Shown piece after piece: positions 15,716-17,443 of a stretch of DNA of 17,443 bases. The position numbers and the translations under genes were made by a program. Position 1 is the stretch's first letter. Every line of letters begins with the position of its first letter. This DNA is from Candidatus Aenigmatarchaeota archaeon (GTDB lineage Archaea; Aenigmatarchaeota; Aenigmatarchaeia; GW2011-AR5). The stretch is from positions 1-17,443 of the forward strand of contig JAZDNV010000004.1 of assembly GCA_043799385.1 (NCBI GenBank), written 5' to 3'. The notes under the pieces were generated by a model, which was not told the origin of the DNA, searched no databases, and saw only the letters and a program-made list of their open reading frames with translations.

Positions 15716-16048
15716 ATCGGTTAGCTTGGAAAAAGTTAGACCACAAACCTATACCGGCAATCGGTTCCATGTATATGGTGACTGGACTATACCTCACCAT
15801 TTTGAATTGCCAGCAAGTTTAATTGTGGCTTAGGAGGGGCAAAACGCCGTGAATTCAGTTGGAAAGGACCGAATCAACACATAAGGTGTTCCCTCACCGA
15901 GTCCAGAGTGATTGTAGATGGTATGCCCGAAGTTGAGTAGAGGAAAATGTAAGACTCTGAAAAAAACATGCAGAGCCAGTTATAGCGTGAAGATGATAAA
16001 GCACAAGTCTTGCAGGCACAACAAGTCTGTTTCTAAAGCAAAGCCGGT
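15716..16048 (+). ncRNA. Candidate ~330-nt structured RNA with a possible pseudoknot, family unrecognised
   Basis: 5' and 3' ends pair (ATCGGTT/AGCCGGT, GCTT/AAGC, GGAAA/TTTCT, AGAC/GTCT). Three internal domains. Loop CTGGACT (15782-88) is complementary to AGTCCAG (15900-06). Upstream TATA, no ORF. Confidence 0.7.
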
Positions 16049-16070
16049 AAAAAAGAAAAAGAGAAGATGA

Positions 16071-16253
16071 TTACTTCTTCATCAGAACTGCAATTGCGAA
16101 TAGAAGGAATCCTGCTCCCAGACCGCAAAACATACCTGCAGGCACATTGTTGAAAAAGAAGCCAAGTCCAAATCCTATGAAAAGCCCTGCTGGAATGAAC
16201 AAACCTACGGCACCGTTGTCTTTTTTCTTTGATTGTCTCCTGTTTTTTGCCAT
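16071..16253 (-). CDS. Small Gly-rich two-TM membrane protein (60 aa)
   Basis: AGGTGA SD before ATG 16253. GLFIPAGLFIGFGLG...GLGAGF. Confidence 0.8.
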   Translation of the reverse strand: MAKNRRQSKKKDNGAVGLFIPAGLFIGFGLGFFFNNVPAGMFCGLGAGFLLFAIAVLMKK

Positions 16254-16305
16254 TTTTTTCACCTGCATATATTTGCAGTCGCTGTAATTAAAGATTTAGA
16301 AAAAA

Positions 16306-16494
16306 CTACGCCTTTACTCCGCGTCGCTCTTTGGCCTTGAGTCGCAATTCTCTGGAGCCGCACTTTCGGCACTTAACTTTGCCTTTCTTGACAGCATCAT
16401 ACTTCGCCTTGTTTCTTGCATTGCATTTCATGCATATGAAGACGTTTATGAACATCCTCTTTGCAACCGACTCGGGTAATTTTCTTGCTGCCAT
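16306..16494 (-). CDS. rpl40e: 50S ribosomal protein L40e
   Basis: KRMFINVFICMKCNARN...KCRKCGSRELRLKAKE. Confidence 0.95.
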   Translation of the reverse strand: MAARKLPESVAKRMFINVFICMKCNARNKAKYDAVKKGKVKCRKCGSRELRLKAKERRGVKA

Positions 16495-16517
16495 ATCATC
16501 GCCTAGACGCTATATCT

Positions 16518-17318
16518 TTATCTCATTTGCCTCAATCTATTTATCCTTTCCTCTATAGGCGGGTGGGTGGAAAAAAGGCTCATTACCGATCCCGCGGTGA
16601 ACGGGTTGACTATGAACATATGAGCGGTCGCATTATTTCCTCTCATCGGCCTTTGCTTCGCGTCCGTGGATATCTTCTCAAGAGCGTCAGCCAAGCTATT
16701 TGGTGATGATATTTCTGCAGCACCGCGGTCAGCAAGGTATTCGCGACCACGTGATATCGACAATTGCACGAGCATCGCGGCAAACGGAGCGAGAATAAAA
16801 AGGAATATGTAACTGACTATATTCCTGTTATCATTATCAGAAAACCAGAACATGTAGCCGAGCCATGTTATCGCTCCCGCGACTGTTGCAGCTAAAGTGC
16901 TTATCAGCGTATCGCGGTGCTTTATGTGGTTTAGCTCATGGGCAAGAACGCCCTCGATTTCGTCATCGTCCAATCTTTCTATCAGGCCCTTCGTTACCGC
17001 AACAGACGAGTGATTCGGATCGCGGCCAGTCGCAAAAGCGTTCGGTGCAGCGGAATTCATTACGTATAATTCCGGTTTGGGTATAGATGCCTTTTTTGCC
17101 AGCTTATCGACCATCGATGATATCTTCTTGTCCGAGAACTTCTTTGCTCCGTACATACGAAGCACGAGCTTATCCGAGAACCAGTATGCAAAAAAATTGG
17201 TGACGAACGCAAATGTCAATCCGAATGTCAATCCGGCCGTTCCGGCAAAGAACAGGCCGACTGCTAAAAAAATCGCGGTCAATAATCCGAACAATAACAA
17301 CACGCGCAACGCTGCCAT
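16518..17318 (-). CDS. htpX: Zinc metalloprotease HtpX (M48)
   Basis: YWFSDKLVL, PNAFATGR, GVLAHELNHIKHRD (HExxH), ISRGREYLAD, LFSTHPPIEERI. Confidence 0.97.
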   Translation of the reverse strand: MAALRVLLLFGLLTAIFLAVGLFFAGTAGLTFGLTFAFVTNFFAYWFSDKLVLRMYGAKKFSDKKISSMVDKLAKKASIPKPELYVMNSAAPNAFATGRDPNHSSVAVTKGLIERLDDDEIEGVLAHELNHIKHRDTLISTLAATVAGAITWLGYMFWFSDNDNRNIVSYIFLFILAPFAAMLVQLSISRGREYLADRGAAEISSPNSLADALEKISTDAKQRPMRGNNATAHMFIVNPFTAGSVMSLFSTHPPIEERINRLRQMR

Positions 17319-17443
17319 GAAACCACAACAAATTATTTAATCAGTTCTTTTTTGTATTTTTCAGACCAGTCTATGCTTCCGGCCAAATACAATTTATACG
17401 AAGAGCATTTATTTAAGATTTTCTCAATAATCAAAACGGTTTT

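Noticed and set aside
15780..15960. Group I intron or canonical RNase P assignment (GTATAGTCC on minus, GAGGAAA on plus)
   Set aside because: Partner elements (P/Q/R, or P4 and CR-V) are not in the required order, and no interrupted host gene exists.
1..17443. CRISPR array, transposase, integrase or reverse transcriptase
   Set aside because: No regularly spaced repeats and no such protein motifs seen.

Overview
Gene-dense archaeal window. The ribosomal protein set, TATA/BRE promoters, GGTGA Shine-Dalgarno sites and BHB-type tRNA intron are archaeal; the gene style suggests a DPANN-like lineage, which is an inference. Core genes: rpp21-rps19e-PDCD5-rpl39e-rpl31e cluster, neuB-neuC, a UbiA-family DGGGP synthase, rpl40e, htpX and tRNA-Thr(UGU) with a 75-nt non-canonical D-loop intron. 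Around them are several Cys-rich secreted or lipoproteins, an Imm5-like protein and small hypotheticals. The most interesting signal is non-coding. Three intergenic gaps hold extensively base-paired elements that I cannot assign to a known RNA family: a ~100-nt three-way junction (7089-7192), a ~280-nt multibranched RNA with an RNase P-like AGAAA/GUGAAA double T-loop, bracketed by two micro-ORFs sharing an identical 16-bp start signal (11060-11339), and a ~330-nt RNA with its own TATA box and a candidate pseudoknot (15716-16048). All folds were paired by eye, not computed.
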